This document shows, piece after piece, positions 19,225-29,618 of a stretch of DNA of 64,000 nt (the stretch's first letter is position 1; the number at the start of each line of letters is the position of its first letter). The stretch spans positions 2,080,001 to 2,144,000 of the forward strand of contig JAXHMG010000003.1 of the NCBI GenBank assembly GCA_034521595.1, written 5' to 3'. A model generated the notes under the pieces. That model saw only the letters and a list, made by a program, of their open reading frames with translations, made no database searches and was not told the DNA's origin. This stretch comes from Gemmatimonadota bacterium (GTDB lineage Bacteria > Gemmatimonadota > Gemmatimonadetes > Longimicrobiales > Gaopeijiaceae). The translations under genes and the position numbers were made by a program.

Positions 19225-20085
19225 TCACGACATGCCGAGGAGCCGCCGAACCTCGGCTTTCACCGCCGGATCGCGGTCATCCACGGCCTGATTCAGGAGA
19301 CGTCGGGCCCGGGGCGTGCCGATGTGGCGGAGCGCGCGGTAGGCGGCGATGCGCACATCGGGCGGAGGACGCCGCAGGAACGACCCGACCGCTTGTCGCT
19401 CGATGGCCTGGACCGCCCCGGGGTCGGCCAACCGGCCCAGAGCGTGGAGCACGGCAAGGGTCACGTCCGGATCATCTTCGTTGGCGAGCATTCGCTGGAG
19501 CAGCCGCACGGCACGCTCGACCCCCAGCTCACCCGCGGCGGTCGCGGCGGCCGCGCGAACCATGGCCGTCGGATCGTCCAGCATGCCGTAGGCGAGCTGA
19601 CCGGCGTCGCTTCCCCCCTGCTTGGCCAGTGCCAGCAGCGCGTCACGCCGGACCTTGGGCTCGGGACGAGCGAGCGCGCCGGTCAACAGCTCCACGGCCC
19701 GTTCCCCACCCACTTCCCCCAGAATGGAGACGCCGTTGCGCACGACGAACCACCGCGGGTCGTCCATCATCTCTTCGACGACGGGTAGGCCGTCGGCCCC
19801 CATGCGGATCAGGGCGTCCGAATAGGCCCTCCGCGCGAACCGGTCTTCCGTGGTGGCCAAAGCATCCGCGAGCGCGCGGGCCGCTCGCAGTCCGAGGCGG
19901 GCGCAAGCGTCGAAGAGCTCCTCGCGCCGCTCCTCCTCGCGCTCGACCGCGAGCTCCGCGACCAACCGGGTAGCCGGGTCGGCGGGCTGGGAAGCCGGTG
20001 ACGCCTTCTCGTCCGAGCCGGTGAAGAACGCGTCGATCGACCGTGCCAGACCGCCGCCCCGCGGTCGCTCAGATGCCTCGGACAT
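19225..20085 (-). CDS. HEAT-repeat protein
   Basis: Repeated D..W.V.RN / VRRDALLAL / VRAAAA.A.G.LG HEAT-like units. Confidence 0.85.
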   Translation of the reverse strand: MSEASERPRGGGLARSIDAFFTGSDEKASPASQPADPATRLVAELAVEREEERREELFDACARLGLRAARALADALATTEDRFARRAYSDALIRMGADGLPVVEEMMDDPRWFVVRNGVSILGEVGGERAVELLTGALARPEPKVRRDALLALAKQGGSDAGQLAYGMLDDPTAMVRAAAATAAGELGVERAVRLLQRMLANEDDPDVTLAVLHALGRLADPGAVQAIERQAVGSFLRRPPPDVRIAAYRALRHIGTPRARRLLNQAVDDRDPAVKAEVRRLLGMS

Positions 20086-20142
20086 GCGCCTCTCTTTGGT
20101 GGTCGGGGGTCGGGTGACCCAATGGCCGCGCCCTCCGGGGCG

Positions 20143-21546
20143 TCAACCTACGGCCTCACGGGCCCGGATGCCTCCCTCGATGTTACGCACGTCCTCGAAT
20201 CCCGCGGCCTGGAGGAGGCTGGCGCCGATCGCGGAGCGATTGCCCGACCGGCAATACACGAGGGTGGGACGACTCGGATCCAGCTCTTCGGCCCCCTCCC
20301 GTAGGCGGCCGAGATGTATGTGGACCGCCTCCGGCACGTGTCCTTCCTCCCACTCCGTCGCGCCGCGCACGTCGAGGAGGAGCGCTCCCTCCTCTTCCAT
20401 GGCGCTCTCCGCCCCGTCCCAATCCAGCACCTGCGTGCGCTGGAGCGGCTCCACTTCCGCGCTCCACCAATCCAACACGGATTCGTCGGCGAACCCGGCC
20501 GCTCGGTCGATCCCGATCATGGCGAGGTCGCGCGCGGCGCCGTCCGCCTGCCCCTGATCGTAAGCAACGAAGAACACGGGCGCGTCGTAGGGCAGGAGCC
20601 AACCGGACCAGGTCGTGAAGTCGGCCCCCCAGGGTAGGTTGAGCGTTCCCGGCAGGTGCCCTTCGGCGAACTCCGCCCGCGAACGAAGGTCCACCACCGT
20701 CGCCCCACCCCGGAGCCGCTCCCCGAGCGCCCGCGGCTCCATGTGGGGCGGCTTCGGCAGCTCGTCCAGCACGCTCGGCCCGTCCCTGTTCATGCGCTTC
20801 ATGTGCGCGAAATACACGGGCGGTTCCGGTTGGTCCTCCAGTACCTTGCTGACGAACTCGTCCTCGGTCGCGCACTGAAACGCCCAGTTCACCATCTTCT
20901 CGTACCCCAGCGTCGACGAAGGCACCGCGCCGAGCGCCTTTCCGCATGCCGACCCCGCCCCGTGCCCGGGAAGGATCTGGAGGTAGTCGGGCAACGAGCG
21001 GAACTGCTCGAGTGATTGCCAGAGGACGCGGGCGCCATCCTCCATGGTGTCCCTGACGCCGGCGGCCTTCTCGAGCAGATCCGGACGTCCGACGTCGCCG
21101 ACGAAGAGAAAATCTCCCGTCAACACGCCCATGGGCCGGTCGCTCGCAGCGCCGTCGGTCACCGCGAAGGACAGGTGCTCCGGGGTGTGGCCGGGCGTGT
21201 GGAGGGCCTCGATGCTCACCTTTCCGATCCGGATCTCGTCCCCGTCCCGGAGCAGCCTGGCGCCATCGGAGTCGGCGAAACCGTATTGCCAGTCGTTTCC
21301 GCCCTCGGCCGAAAGTAGGAGGGTCGCGCCCGTGCGCGCCACGAGTTGCCTCGACCCGGAAAGGAAATCGGCGTGGATGTGGGTCTCGGTCACGTACCGA
21401 ATCTCCATGCCCTCCTGCTCCGCCGCGCGGAGATACACATCGCTGTCACGGTGAGGGTCCACGACCACGGCCTCACCCGTGGCCTGACATCCGATCATGT
21501 AGCTGGCCTGAGCCAGCTTGTCGTCGAAAAAGCGGCGCAGCAGCAT
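20143..21546 (-). CDS. MBL-fold persulfide dioxygenase with pseudo-rhodanese and rhodanese domains (CstB-like)
   Basis: ETHIHADF, HTPGHTPEH, GDFLFVGDVGRPDL and PGHGAGSACG motifs. The first rhodanese-like domain lacks Cys; the second has YCRSGNRS. Confidence 0.9.
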   Translation of the reverse strand: MLLRRFFDDKLAQASYMIGCQATGEAVVVDPHRDSDVYLRAAEQEGMEIRYVTETHIHADFLSGSRQLVARTGATLLLSAEGGNDWQYGFADSDGARLLRDGDEIRIGKVSIEALHTPGHTPEHLSFAVTDGAASDRPMGVLTGDFLFVGDVGRPDLLEKAAGVRDTMEDGARVLWQSLEQFRSLPDYLQILPGHGAGSACGKALGAVPSSTLGYEKMVNWAFQCATEDEFVSKVLEDQPEPPVYFAHMKRMNRDGPSVLDELPKPPHMEPRALGERLRGGATVVDLRSRAEFAEGHLPGTLNLPWGADFTTWSGWLLPYDAPVFFVAYDQGQADGAARDLAMIGIDRAAGFADESVLDWWSAEVEPLQRTQVLDWDGAESAMEEEGALLLDVRGATEWEEGHVPEAVHIHLGRLREGAEELDPSRPTLVYCRSGNRSAIGASLLQAAGFEDVRNIEGGIRAREAVG

Positions 21547-21767
21547 ACGTCCTCCCGATGATGTACCATTCGAGGGTCCCGGAAACGCCCCGGAACGACT
21601 CGTTCAATTTAGCAGCCCGCTCAAGTCAGGGGGCGTGCGCCGGGCCGTACGGCTCGGGCTCCGCGTGTCCGCTTGCAGGGCACTCGTACAAGCTACATCT
21701 TGCCGATCGACTCGGCACGGACGCCGTGTCCGCGGAAGCACATCAGCAGGAGACACGAGGGACGACG

Positions 21768-22142
21768 ATGCCGGTCTTCACGCGACACAAGGACGCCGTG
21801 CTGGTCCTCACCGCCGACGGCGATTACACGCCGGGGGAGTTGGAGCGAGTCGGTGCACGGGCGTTCGACCACCGGGGGGATCCGGGCCCGGTCATCCTCG
21901 ATCTGAGTGGAGCGGCGGGCCTGGAAACCAAGTCCGCGGAGTCTCTGGCCGCCGAAGGCACGGCGCTAGCGACCCACCGGGACCGGATCTCGAGGCTGGC
22001 CGTGGTGGTTTCGAGTCGTTTCGCGGACCTCTTCGAAGCCGATGCCCCGTTCGTCGCCGCGGTGGGCGTCGACGTGCGCGCATGCCCCTCCCACGGGGAT
22101 GCCGTGCGTTGGTTGAGCGAATCGGGGAGGGCAACGCTTTAG
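21768..22142 (+). CDS. STAS/SpoIIAA-like small protein
   Basis: ADGDYT...VILDLS...RLAVVV...AVRWL pattern; CAGGAG and GAGGG purine-rich stretch upstream of ATG 21768. Confidence 0.6.
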   Translation: MPVFTRHKDAVLVLTADGDYTPGELERVGARAFDHRGDPGPVILDLSGAAGLETKSAESLAAEGTALATHRDRISRLAVVVSSRFADLFEADAPFVAAVGVDVRACPSHGDAVRWLSESGRATL

Positions 22143-22167
22143 CATCCCTCGTCTCCGGAGGCGAGCC

Positions 22168-23598
22168 ATGCGACCTCGGAGAAGGACATCACGCGGATCG
22201 AAGCGACGGAATGCCCTCGCCCGGGTGGGCGCGACGGCCTGCTTGGCGGGACAGGCTCTGGCCTGCCAGGCTGCTCCGGAGGCCGCGCCCGCCACGACCG
22301 CGTTCGTCGACGTCTCGGTGCTCCCCATGGACCCGGAGGGAGTGCTCGAAGGCCAGACTGTTTTGGTGAGGGAAGGGACCATCACGGAGGTCGGGCCGGT
22401 GGACGAGGTCGTCGTGGACGAGGGGGCCACCGTCATCGACGGCGAAGGCCGCTTCCTCATGCCCGGCCTCGCGGAGATGCACGCGCACGTGCCGCCGGGC
22501 GACACCCCCCCGAGGGACGAGATCGAAGACATCCTCTTCCTCTACGTTGCGAACGGCATCACCACGATCCGGGGGATGCTCGGCTCGGACTACCAACTCC
22601 CGCTGGCCGAAGAGATCGCCCGTGGCGACGTGCTGGGGCCGACCTTCTACGTCGGGGCGCCGTCCCTCAACGGGGAGACCGCCCCGACCCCGGACGCGGC
22701 CGAAACGCTCGTCCGGCGGCATGCCGAAGCCGGCTACCACCTGCAGAAGATCCATCCGGGCGTGCCGCGCGCGGCGTGGGATCGTATGGTCGAGGTCGCC
22801 GAGGAGGTGGGAATCCCCTTCGGCGGGCACGTGCCGGCCGAGGTCGGGGTCGAGCACGCGATTCGCACCGGGATGTCCACGGTGGACCACCTGGACGGGT
22901 ACGTGCAGGCGGTCGCGCCGGAAGGCGTCGTATCGCAGGTGGGCGCGGGCACGATCGACCTCGAGGGTCTCGTCGGAGCCGAGGTGGATGCCACCCGCAT
23001 CGAGGAGCTCGTGGAGCTCACCCGGGAGCACGACACGTACGTGGTTCCCACCCTGTACCTGTGGGAAAACCTCTACGGCACGACGGATCCCGAGCCGTTT
23101 CTGGAGCTCCCGGAGATGCGGTACGTCTCCGAGGCACAGAGGGACGCGTGGCGGCAGCAGGCGTCCGGAGGCCCCCGAGGCTCGCCGCAGGCCGTTCGCG
23201 CGTTCGTCGAGCTACGGAACCGCATCCTCAAGGGGCTCGCCGACGGAGACGCGGGCATCCTCATGGGCACGGACTCGCCGCAGCTCTTCAACGTCCCGGG
23301 ATTCGCGCTCCATCGGGAGATCGCCACCATGGCCGAAGCGGGCATGACGCCGCGTCAGATCCTGACCAGCGGGACCGTGGCCGTCGGACGGTACGTCCGC
23401 GAGCATCTCGGGATCGACCACCACTTCGGCACCGTGGCGACGGGGCAGCGTGCCGACCTGCTCCTGCTCGAAGCGGACCCGCTCGAAGACCTGCGACACC
23501 TTCGGGATCGGGCCGGGGTGATGGTGAACGGTCATTGGCTCCCGGAGGAGGAGATCCGGGAGCGCCTGGAAACGCTGGCGGCCAAGCACGAAAGCTGA
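22168..23598 (+). CDS. Amidohydrolase-family protein (secreted/lipoprotein)
   Basis: DGEGRFLMPGLAEMHAH, NGITTIR, MGTDSP and GQRADLLLLEADPL motifs. Confidence 0.9.
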   Translation: MRPRRRTSRGSKRRNALARVGATACLAGQALACQAAPEAAPATTAFVDVSVLPMDPEGVLEGQTVLVREGTITEVGPVDEVVVDEGATVIDGEGRFLMPGLAEMHAHVPPGDTPPRDEIEDILFLYVANGITTIRGMLGSDYQLPLAEEIARGDVLGPTFYVGAPSLNGETAPTPDAAETLVRRHAEAGYHLQKIHPGVPRAAWDRMVEVAEEVGIPFGGHVPAEVGVEHAIRTGMSTVDHLDGYVQAVAPEGVVSQVGAGTIDLEGLVGAEVDATRIEELVELTREHDTYVVPTLYLWENLYGTTDPEPFLELPEMRYVSEAQRDAWRQQASGGPRGSPQAVRAFVELRNRILKGLADGDAGILMGTDSPQLFNVPGFALHREIATMAEAGMTPRQILTSGTVAVGRYVREHLGIDHHFGTVATGQRADLLLLEADPLEDLRHLRDRAGVMVNGHWLPEEEIRERLETLAAKHES

Positions 23599-23714
23599 GA
23601 AACATCGGCCCACGGGAACCACAGGGCCACCTCACGGATTATTGGGCACGTACGGCGGGCTGAAGCGGTCCACCGTCGATCCGTTCCGAAACGTCCCAGA
23701 CCGAGGAGCCCTTG

Positions 23715-24125
23715 ATGAAGCGATGGTCCCTGTTCCTGCTCCGCCTGTCCATCGGCCTACTCGTCTTCTGGTGGGGCCTCGACAAGATCACGAACGTCGA
23801 GCACGCGATGGGCGTGTCCGATTCCTTCTACTTCGGGGTCTCGAGCCACGCGGCGGTCATGCCCGTGCTCGGGGGCCTTCAGGTCCTGATCGCGGTTGCC
23901 TACGTGCTCGGCTTTCAGCGGCGGTGGGTGGACCCGGTCGTGACCCTGATCAACACGGGGAGCATGGTCGGCGTCTGGAGCTCGGTCGTGGATCCCTTCG
24001 GTTACGTGCTCGAAGGGACCAACGCCCTGTTCTTCCCCTCTTTGACGGTTTTCGCGGGCTGCCTCGTTCTGATCACGCTACGGGATCAAGAGGAGATCGC
24101 GCTCGACCGGCGCGCGGCCTCGTAG
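23715..24125 (+). CDS. DoxX-family membrane protein
   Basis: LLRLSIGLLVFWWGLDKI N-terminal motif and four hydrophobic segments; GAGGAG RBS. Confidence 0.75.
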   Translation: MKRWSLFLLRLSIGLLVFWWGLDKITNVEHAMGVSDSFYFGVSSHAAVMPVLGGLQVLIAVAYVLGFQRRWVDPVVTLINTGSMVGVWSSVVDPFGYVLEGTNALFFPSLTVFAGCLVLITLRDQEEIALDRRAAS

Positions 24126-24141
24126 CCTCCATCGCACGGCG

Positions 24142-25326
24142 TCAGCCCCCGTCGGAACCGCCATCGAGCTCCTCGATGGTCAGTACGGACGGCCTGCTCT
24201 CCCGCTGGATACGACGAGCGGCGGCTTCGGCTTCGCGCATCACGCGCAGCATGTTCTCCCCGGCGAGCTTCGCGAGCTGATCTTCGGTCCATCCGCGGCG
24301 GGACAGCTCCGCGAAAAGAGCCGGGAAGGTGGACGGGTCTTCGAGTCCGGCGGGGGTGCTGGAGATTCCGTCGAAGTCCGAGCCGATGCCGACGTGATCG
24401 ACGCCGGCCAGGTTCGCAATGTGGTCGATGTGGTCGGCCACGTCCGCCAGGGTGGCCTCGTCGCCCGGAGACACGAAGGAAGGCACGAAGGTGACCATCA
24501 CCACGCCCCCGTTCTCCGGCAACCGCCGAAGCACCTGGTCGGGCACGTTCCGGGTATGCTCGTGGACACCGTTCGCCGACGCGTGCGACCAGATCACGGG
24601 CGCTTCCGACGTGTCGAGCGCATCGTTCATGGTGGCCGGTGACGTGTGCGAGAGGTCGACGAGCATCCCGAGGCGGTTCATCTCGCGCACGACCTCCCGA
24701 CCGAACGCCGTCAAACCGTCGTGACGCGCGGTGTCGGCGGCCGAGTCCGCCCAGTCGATCGTCCCGTTGTGCGTGAGCGTCATGTAACGCACGCCCAGCC
24801 CGTGAAAGGCCCGCAGCGCCCCGAGCGAGTTCTCGATGGCGTGGCCGCCCTCGATGCCGAGCAGTGATGCGATCTTGCCCGCGGCGAAGATCCGTTCGAC
24901 GTCGGACGCGTCCAACGCCAACTCGAAGACATCCGGATATTTCTCGATGATCTGGTGCGCGATGTCGATCTGTTCGAGCTGCGTCTTCGCGGCACCCTCT
25001 TCGACGGCCCCGTGGGGTATGTAGACGGACCAGTACTGCGCCCCCACACGCCCCTCACGCAGGCGTGGGATATTCGTATGGAACGGGGTGTCTCCCCGGA
25101 GGTCGTGCTCCTCGGCGTGCACGTCGTGCGGCGCCACGTCACTGCCGCGAATGGCCCAGGGAAGGTCGTTGTGGCCGTCGATCAGAGGCGTGGACGAGAG
25201 CACCCGCAGCGCGCGGTCCAGGTGTGGATCGGTCTGGGCGCTCGCGGGAGCGGGCCGGAGGATGAGCGCGCCCTGAAGCGCGAGCACGACGAGGGCGGCG
25301 GCGAGGGTCCGGGGCGGGCGCGTCAT
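24142..25326 (-). CDS. Membrane dipeptidase (peptidase M19)
   Basis: IDGHNDLP, GIEGGH, YMTLTH, VDLSH, WSHAS and GIGSDFDG motifs; signal peptide from ATG 25326. Confidence 0.93.
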   Translation of the reverse strand: MTRPPRTLAAALVVLALQGALILRPAPASAQTDPHLDRALRVLSSTPLIDGHNDLPWAIRGSDVAPHDVHAEEHDLRGDTPFHTNIPRLREGRVGAQYWSVYIPHGAVEEGAAKTQLEQIDIAHQIIEKYPDVFELALDASDVERIFAAGKIASLLGIEGGHAIENSLGALRAFHGLGVRYMTLTHNGTIDWADSAADTARHDGLTAFGREVVREMNRLGMLVDLSHTSPATMNDALDTSEAPVIWSHASANGVHEHTRNVPDQVLRRLPENGGVVMVTFVPSFVSPGDEATLADVADHIDHIANLAGVDHVGIGSDFDGISSTPAGLEDPSTFPALFAELSRRGWTEDQLAKLAGENMLRVMREAEAAARRIQRESRPSVLTIEELDGGSDGG

Positions 25327-25485
25327 GATCGGTCGGAGTCCTTCCTGTGCGTGGAACTTGGAAGCCCCACGATGGAGCCTCCGGTGCGGTTGTTGCAAGG
25401 CGTCGGGGGACTTGGGTGTGCCCGGCGGCCATGCGACATTCGGAGGGTGTGGGAAAATGACGATTCGAGCGATGTGGAGACGAGC

Positions 25486-26553
25486 GTGAGCGAGCGGATT
25501 CCGGTAGGCATTCTGGGAACGACGGGCACCGTGGGCGCCCGATTGGTCGGCCTACTCCAACACCATCCCTGGTTCGAGATCGCCGAAGTCGGCGCGTCGG
25601 AACGCTCGGCCGGCGGACGGCTCGGTGACCTCCTGGCCGGCGAGATCGCCGACCTTTCCGATCCCGTCGCGAACCTCGAGGTCCGGACGCTCACCGGCGG
25701 CTGGTCCTCGCCACTCCTCCTCTCGGCCCTGCCCTCGTCGGTGGCGCGGGAGATCGAGCCGGAGCTCGCTCGAGCCGGCCACCTGGTGGTGAGCAACGCC
25801 TCGACGTTCCGGCAAGATCCGGACGTGCCACTGCTCATCCCGGAGCTCAACGCAGGCCACCTCGCGCTCGTCGAGCGCCAGAAGGAACGCTGGCCCGGGG
25901 CCATCGTGACCAACCCGAACTGCGTGGTGACCGGGCTGGCCACGGCCCTCGCGCCCCTTCACGAAGCGTTCGGGCTCGAAAAAGCGGTCGTCACGACGTT
26001 TCAGGCCATCTCGGGCGCCGGGAAGCCGGGTCCCCCCGCGGCGGATCTCGTCGACAACGTGCTCCCGTTCATTCCCGGCGAGGAGGAAAAGGTCGCCTAC
26101 GAGCCCACCAAGATCCTGGGCACGGTCGAGGGCGGGGCGCTGCGCGAGGCACCGTTCCGGATCGGGGTCACGGCCACGCGGGTGAACGTGCTTCACGGCC
26201 ACCTGGTCTCGGTTTCGGCACGCTTCCGGGACGCGCCCGAGCCCGACGAAGCGCTGGGGGCCCTCCGCGCCTTCCGCGGACGAGCTTCGGACCTCGAGCT
26301 CCCCTCTTCTCCCCCTTCCGGCCCGATCGCCGTCACCGACGATCCGACCCGACCCCAGCCGCGCCTCGACCGCGACGCCCATCGGGGCATGACCGTCACG
26401 GTCGGGCGCGTGCGCCGCTGTGAAGCTCTAGGGCTGTCGTTCCTCGCTCTGGCACACAACCTGGACCGGGGCGCGGCCGGAGCGGCGCTCCTGAATGCCG
26501 AGCTGTGCCGGGTCAAGGGATTGGTCGACACGGTGGTCGGGAAGGGGCGGTGA
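25486..26553 (+). CDS. asd: Aspartate-semialdehyde dehydrogenase (archaeal/eukaryotic-like type)
   Basis: GILGTTGTVG...HPWFE...ASERSAG, VVSNAS, TNPNC, QAISGAG and HNLDRGAAG motifs; GTG at 25486. Confidence 0.92.
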   Translation: MSERIPVGILGTTGTVGARLVGLLQHHPWFEIAEVGASERSAGGRLGDLLAGEIADLSDPVANLEVRTLTGGWSSPLLLSALPSSVAREIEPELARAGHLVVSNASTFRQDPDVPLLIPELNAGHLALVERQKERWPGAIVTNPNCVVTGLATALAPLHEAFGLEKAVVTTFQAISGAGKPGPPAADLVDNVLPFIPGEEEKVAYEPTKILGTVEGGALREAPFRIGVTATRVNVLHGHLVSVSARFRDAPEPDEALGALRAFRGRASDLELPSSPPSGPIAVTDDPTRPQPRLDRDAHRGMTVTVGRVRRCEALGLSFLALAHNLDRGAAGAALLNAELCRVKGLVDTVVGKGR

Positions 26554-27938
26554 GGGAGGGCGCCGCCCCCGTCGTCTACAAGTTCGGCGGAAGCTCGCTC
26601 GGCGACGCCGACAGGATCCGGCACGTCGCGCGGCTGATCGCACGAGGGCCCCGCCCTCTGGTCGTGGTGGTGTCGGCCATGGCCGGGGTGACGAGCGAGC
26701 TCCAAACGTTGGTGGACAGCACGTCCGACCTCGAAACATCCGCGGAGCGGAGTGACGATCCGGTCGGCGCCTTGCGGTCACGCCACGCCGACGTTCTGGC
26801 GGCAGTGGGAGCCGACGACGAGGCGACCCGGAGCGCCCTGGAGGATCGTCTCGCCGCCCTGCGTCGCACGGTGAGCGAAGAGGCCGGGCTCGGAGATGAC
26901 AAGCGGCGGGCCGACGCGATCCTCGCGGCGGGCGAGGACCTCGCACAGTTGGTCGTGCGCGCCGTGCTCGAGGCCGAGGGCGTCCCTTCGGCCGCGGTCG
27001 ATGCGCGTGACGTCCTCGTCACGGACGACCATTTCGGGAACGCCGCCCCCGATCCCGAACGAACGCGGGCCGCTTGCGAGCGCCGCATCGTGCCGGTGCT
27101 GGGGACATCGGGCGTCACGGTCGTCCAAGGGTTCGTCGGAGCCACGCCTCAGGGCCGAACGACGACGTTGGGCCGGGGGGGGTCGGACTTCTCCGCAGCG
27201 ATCCTCGGAGGCGCTTTGGAGGCCGCATCGGTGCATGTCTGGACCGACGTCGCGGGCATCCTGAGCGCCGATCCGCGGTATGTGGACCACCCTCGCCTCC
27301 TCACGGAGATCGGCTTCGAGGAGCTCGTGGAGCTCGCCTGGGCGGGCGCCCGGGTCATCCACCCGGTTGCGGCGAAGTGGGCGGTGGCGGAGGGCGTGCC
27401 CCTCACGATCCGCGACACCTTCGCACCGGAGGAGCCGGGCACACGGGTCCGGCACGACGTTCGGGACGCCGCCGAGATCGCGGCCGTCACGGCCAAGGCC
27501 GGAGTGGCGCTCATCAAGGTGCGCTCACACCCCGCCGCGCTCCCCTACGGCTTCCTCGCGCGGGTCTTCGGTGTACTGGGACGCCACCGACTCGAGGTGG
27601 ACCTCGTCGCGACCAGCCACTCGTCGACCGCGTTCACCATCGACGACCGGTCCGACCTGGAGGAGGTGGCGGCCGAGCTCGGCACCTTCGCAGAGGTCGA
27701 GGTTACGAGCGGTCTCGCTACCATCACGGTCGTCGGCCGCGGCTTGCTCGCCGAACCGGGTGTCGGCGGGCAGGTCTTCGCGGTCGTCGGTGACACGCCC
27801 GTGCATCTGGTCTCACAGGCCTCGGACGTGAGCTCGAGCCTCGTCGTGGATGGGGAGGAGTCCGAAGCGCTCACGCGCCGGCTCCACGCCAGGCTCATCG
27901 GGCCGGCACCCGCAGACAGCACACGGAGGACCGCATGA
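26550..27938 (+). CDS. lysC: Aspartate kinase
   Basis: KFGGSS, VVVSAM, TTTLGRGGSD and WTDVAGILSADPR motifs with C-terminal ACT domains. The GTG start overlaps the asd stop. Confidence 0.92.
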   Translation: MREGAAPVVYKFGGSSLGDADRIRHVARLIARGPRPLVVVVSAMAGVTSELQTLVDSTSDLETSAERSDDPVGALRSRHADVLAAVGADDEATRSALEDRLAALRRTVSEEAGLGDDKRRADAILAAGEDLAQLVVRAVLEAEGVPSAAVDARDVLVTDDHFGNAAPDPERTRAACERRIVPVLGTSGVTVVQGFVGATPQGRTTTLGRGGSDFSAAILGGALEAASVHVWTDVAGILSADPRYVDHPRLLTEIGFEELVELAWAGARVIHPVAAKWAVAEGVPLTIRDTFAPEEPGTRVRHDVRDAAEIAAVTAKAGVALIKVRSHPAALPYGFLARVFGVLGRHRLEVDLVATSHSSTAFTIDDRSDLEEVAAELGTFAEVEVTSGLATITVVGRGLLAEPGVGGQVFAVVGDTPVHLVSQASDVSSSLVVDGEESEALTRRLHARLIGPAPADSTRRTA

Positions 27939-28714
27939 AGATCGCCCTGGTGGGTTACGGCCGGATGGGTCACGCAGTCGAAGCTCAGGCCCGAGATCGC
28001 GAACACGAGATCGTCGCACGCCTCGGACGCGGCGAACTGGGAGGCCGCGCCCGGGACCTGGCCGAGCATCTGTCGGATGCCGACGTGGCGATCGACTTCA
28101 CGGTCGGCGAGCTGACCCCCCGGGTCATCGAAGCGGCCGGTCTCGCCGGAACCGACCTGGTCGTCGGCACGACCGGGTTCGGGGACGACGCCCACGAGGC
28201 CATGGAGAGCGCAGGCGGCATCGGGATCGTCCACGGTCCCAACTTCTCGATCGGCGTCCACGTCTTCTTCCGGATCGCCGGGCAGGCCGCCCGGCTGATC
28301 GACGGCGTGGGCGGATACGACACGCACGTCAACGAAGCTCACCACCGCCACAAACGAGACCATCCGAGCGGGACCGCGTGGCGTCTCGCCGACCTCCTGG
28401 TCGAGCGACTCGGGGACAAGACGCAGTGGCGGTCGGGCCCTCCCGCGGAGCAACCGGATCCGGCGACCTTGTACGTGACCAGCGTCCGGGCCGGCGAGAT
28501 CCCCGGGAGCCACACGGTGGGCTTCGACGGCGTACACGACCGGATCGAGGTGACCCACGAAGCACGCGGCCGGGACGGATTCGCGTCGGGCGCCCTGCGC
28601 GCCGCGGAATGGATCCACGGTCGTGACGGCGTGTTCACGTTCACCGAAGTGATCGACCGGATCCTGGATCTCGACACCGACGACGCAGATAGCGGAGAAG
28701 AGCGAGATGAGTGA
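27935..28714 (+). CDS. dapB: 4-hydroxy-tetrahydrodipicolinate reductase
   Basis: GYGRMG, VGTTG, PNFSIG and EAHHRHKRDHPSGTA motifs. Confidence 0.95.
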   Translation: MKIALVGYGRMGHAVEAQARDREHEIVARLGRGELGGRARDLAEHLSDADVAIDFTVGELTPRVIEAAGLAGTDLVVGTTGFGDDAHEAMESAGGIGIVHGPNFSIGVHVFFRIAGQAARLIDGVGGYDTHVNEAHHRHKRDHPSGTAWRLADLLVERLGDKTQWRSGPPAEQPDPATLYVTSVRAGEIPGSHTVGFDGVHDRIEVTHEARGRDGFASGALRAAEWIHGRDGVFTFTEVIDRILDLDTDDADSGEERDE

Positions 28715-29618
28715 GCGAGAACGGTTCGGAGGAGTCGGCGTGGCGCTCGTCACCCCCTTCGACGCGGACGGAGAGTTGGATCTCGACGCGTTCGCCGCGC
28801 ACGCGGAGCGGATGATCGAGGGCGGAGTCGACTACCTCGTTCCGTGCGGCACGACCGGCGAGAGCGCGACGATGCGGGACTCCGAACAGGTCGAGGTGAT
28901 CCGCGCGGCGGTGCGGGTCTCCAACGGGCGCGTGCCCGTGTTGGCCGGTGCCGGAGCGAACGCCACCTCCGAAGCGGTGGCGCGCACCCGAGGCGCGACC
29001 GAAGCGGGGGCGGACGGGATCCTCTCGGTGGCGCCCTACTACAACAAGCCTCCGCAGGAGGGGCTCTTCCGGCACTTCGAGGCGGTCGCGCAAGCCACCG
29101 ACCTCCCGGTGGTCCTGTACAACGTCCCCGGCAGAACTTCGTCGAACATCCTTCCGGAAACGGTCTTCCGGCTCACCGAGCTCCCCAACGTCGTCGGCAT
29201 CAAGGAAGCCTGCGGCGACCTCGACCAACTCGGGACGCTCCTCCGAGGACGACCGGAGGGCTTCCTCGTGCTCGCGGGTGACGACGAGATCACGCTCCCT
29301 CTGCTCGCGATGGGCGGCGACGGACTGATCTCGGTGATCGCCAACGAAGCTCCCGCGGAGATCACCGCCCTCGTCCACGCCGGCCTCGAGGGCGACTTCT
29401 CCCGGGCCCGCTCCCTCCATTACCGACTGCTCGAGCTCATGCGCTGCAACTTCGTCGAGACGAACCCCATTCCCGTGAAGACGGCCGTCGAGATGCTCGG
29501 CGGCCCGCCCACCCACTTCCGCTCCCCGCTGGTGCCCCTCTCGGAGGGCGCCCGCGAACGCCTGCGCGCCGCGCTGGACGCGAGCGGAATCTCCTCGTTC
29601 GAGACGGCGGGCCGATGA
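28707..29618 (+). CDS. dapA: 4-hydroxy-tetrahydrodipicolinate synthase
   Basis: ALVTPF, GTTGES, PYYNKP, LYNVPGRT, GIKEA and ETNPIPVK motifs. Confidence 0.96.
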   Translation: MSERERFGGVGVALVTPFDADGELDLDAFAAHAERMIEGGVDYLVPCGTTGESATMRDSEQVEVIRAAVRVSNGRVPVLAGAGANATSEAVARTRGATEAGADGILSVAPYYNKPPQEGLFRHFEAVAQATDLPVVLYNVPGRTSSNILPETVFRLTELPNVVGIKEACGDLDQLGTLLRGRPEGFLVLAGDDEITLPLLAMGGDGLISVIANEAPAEITALVHAGLEGDFSRARSLHYRLLELMRCNFVETNPIPVKTAVEMLGGPPTHFRSPLVPLSEGARERLRAALDASGISSFETAGR

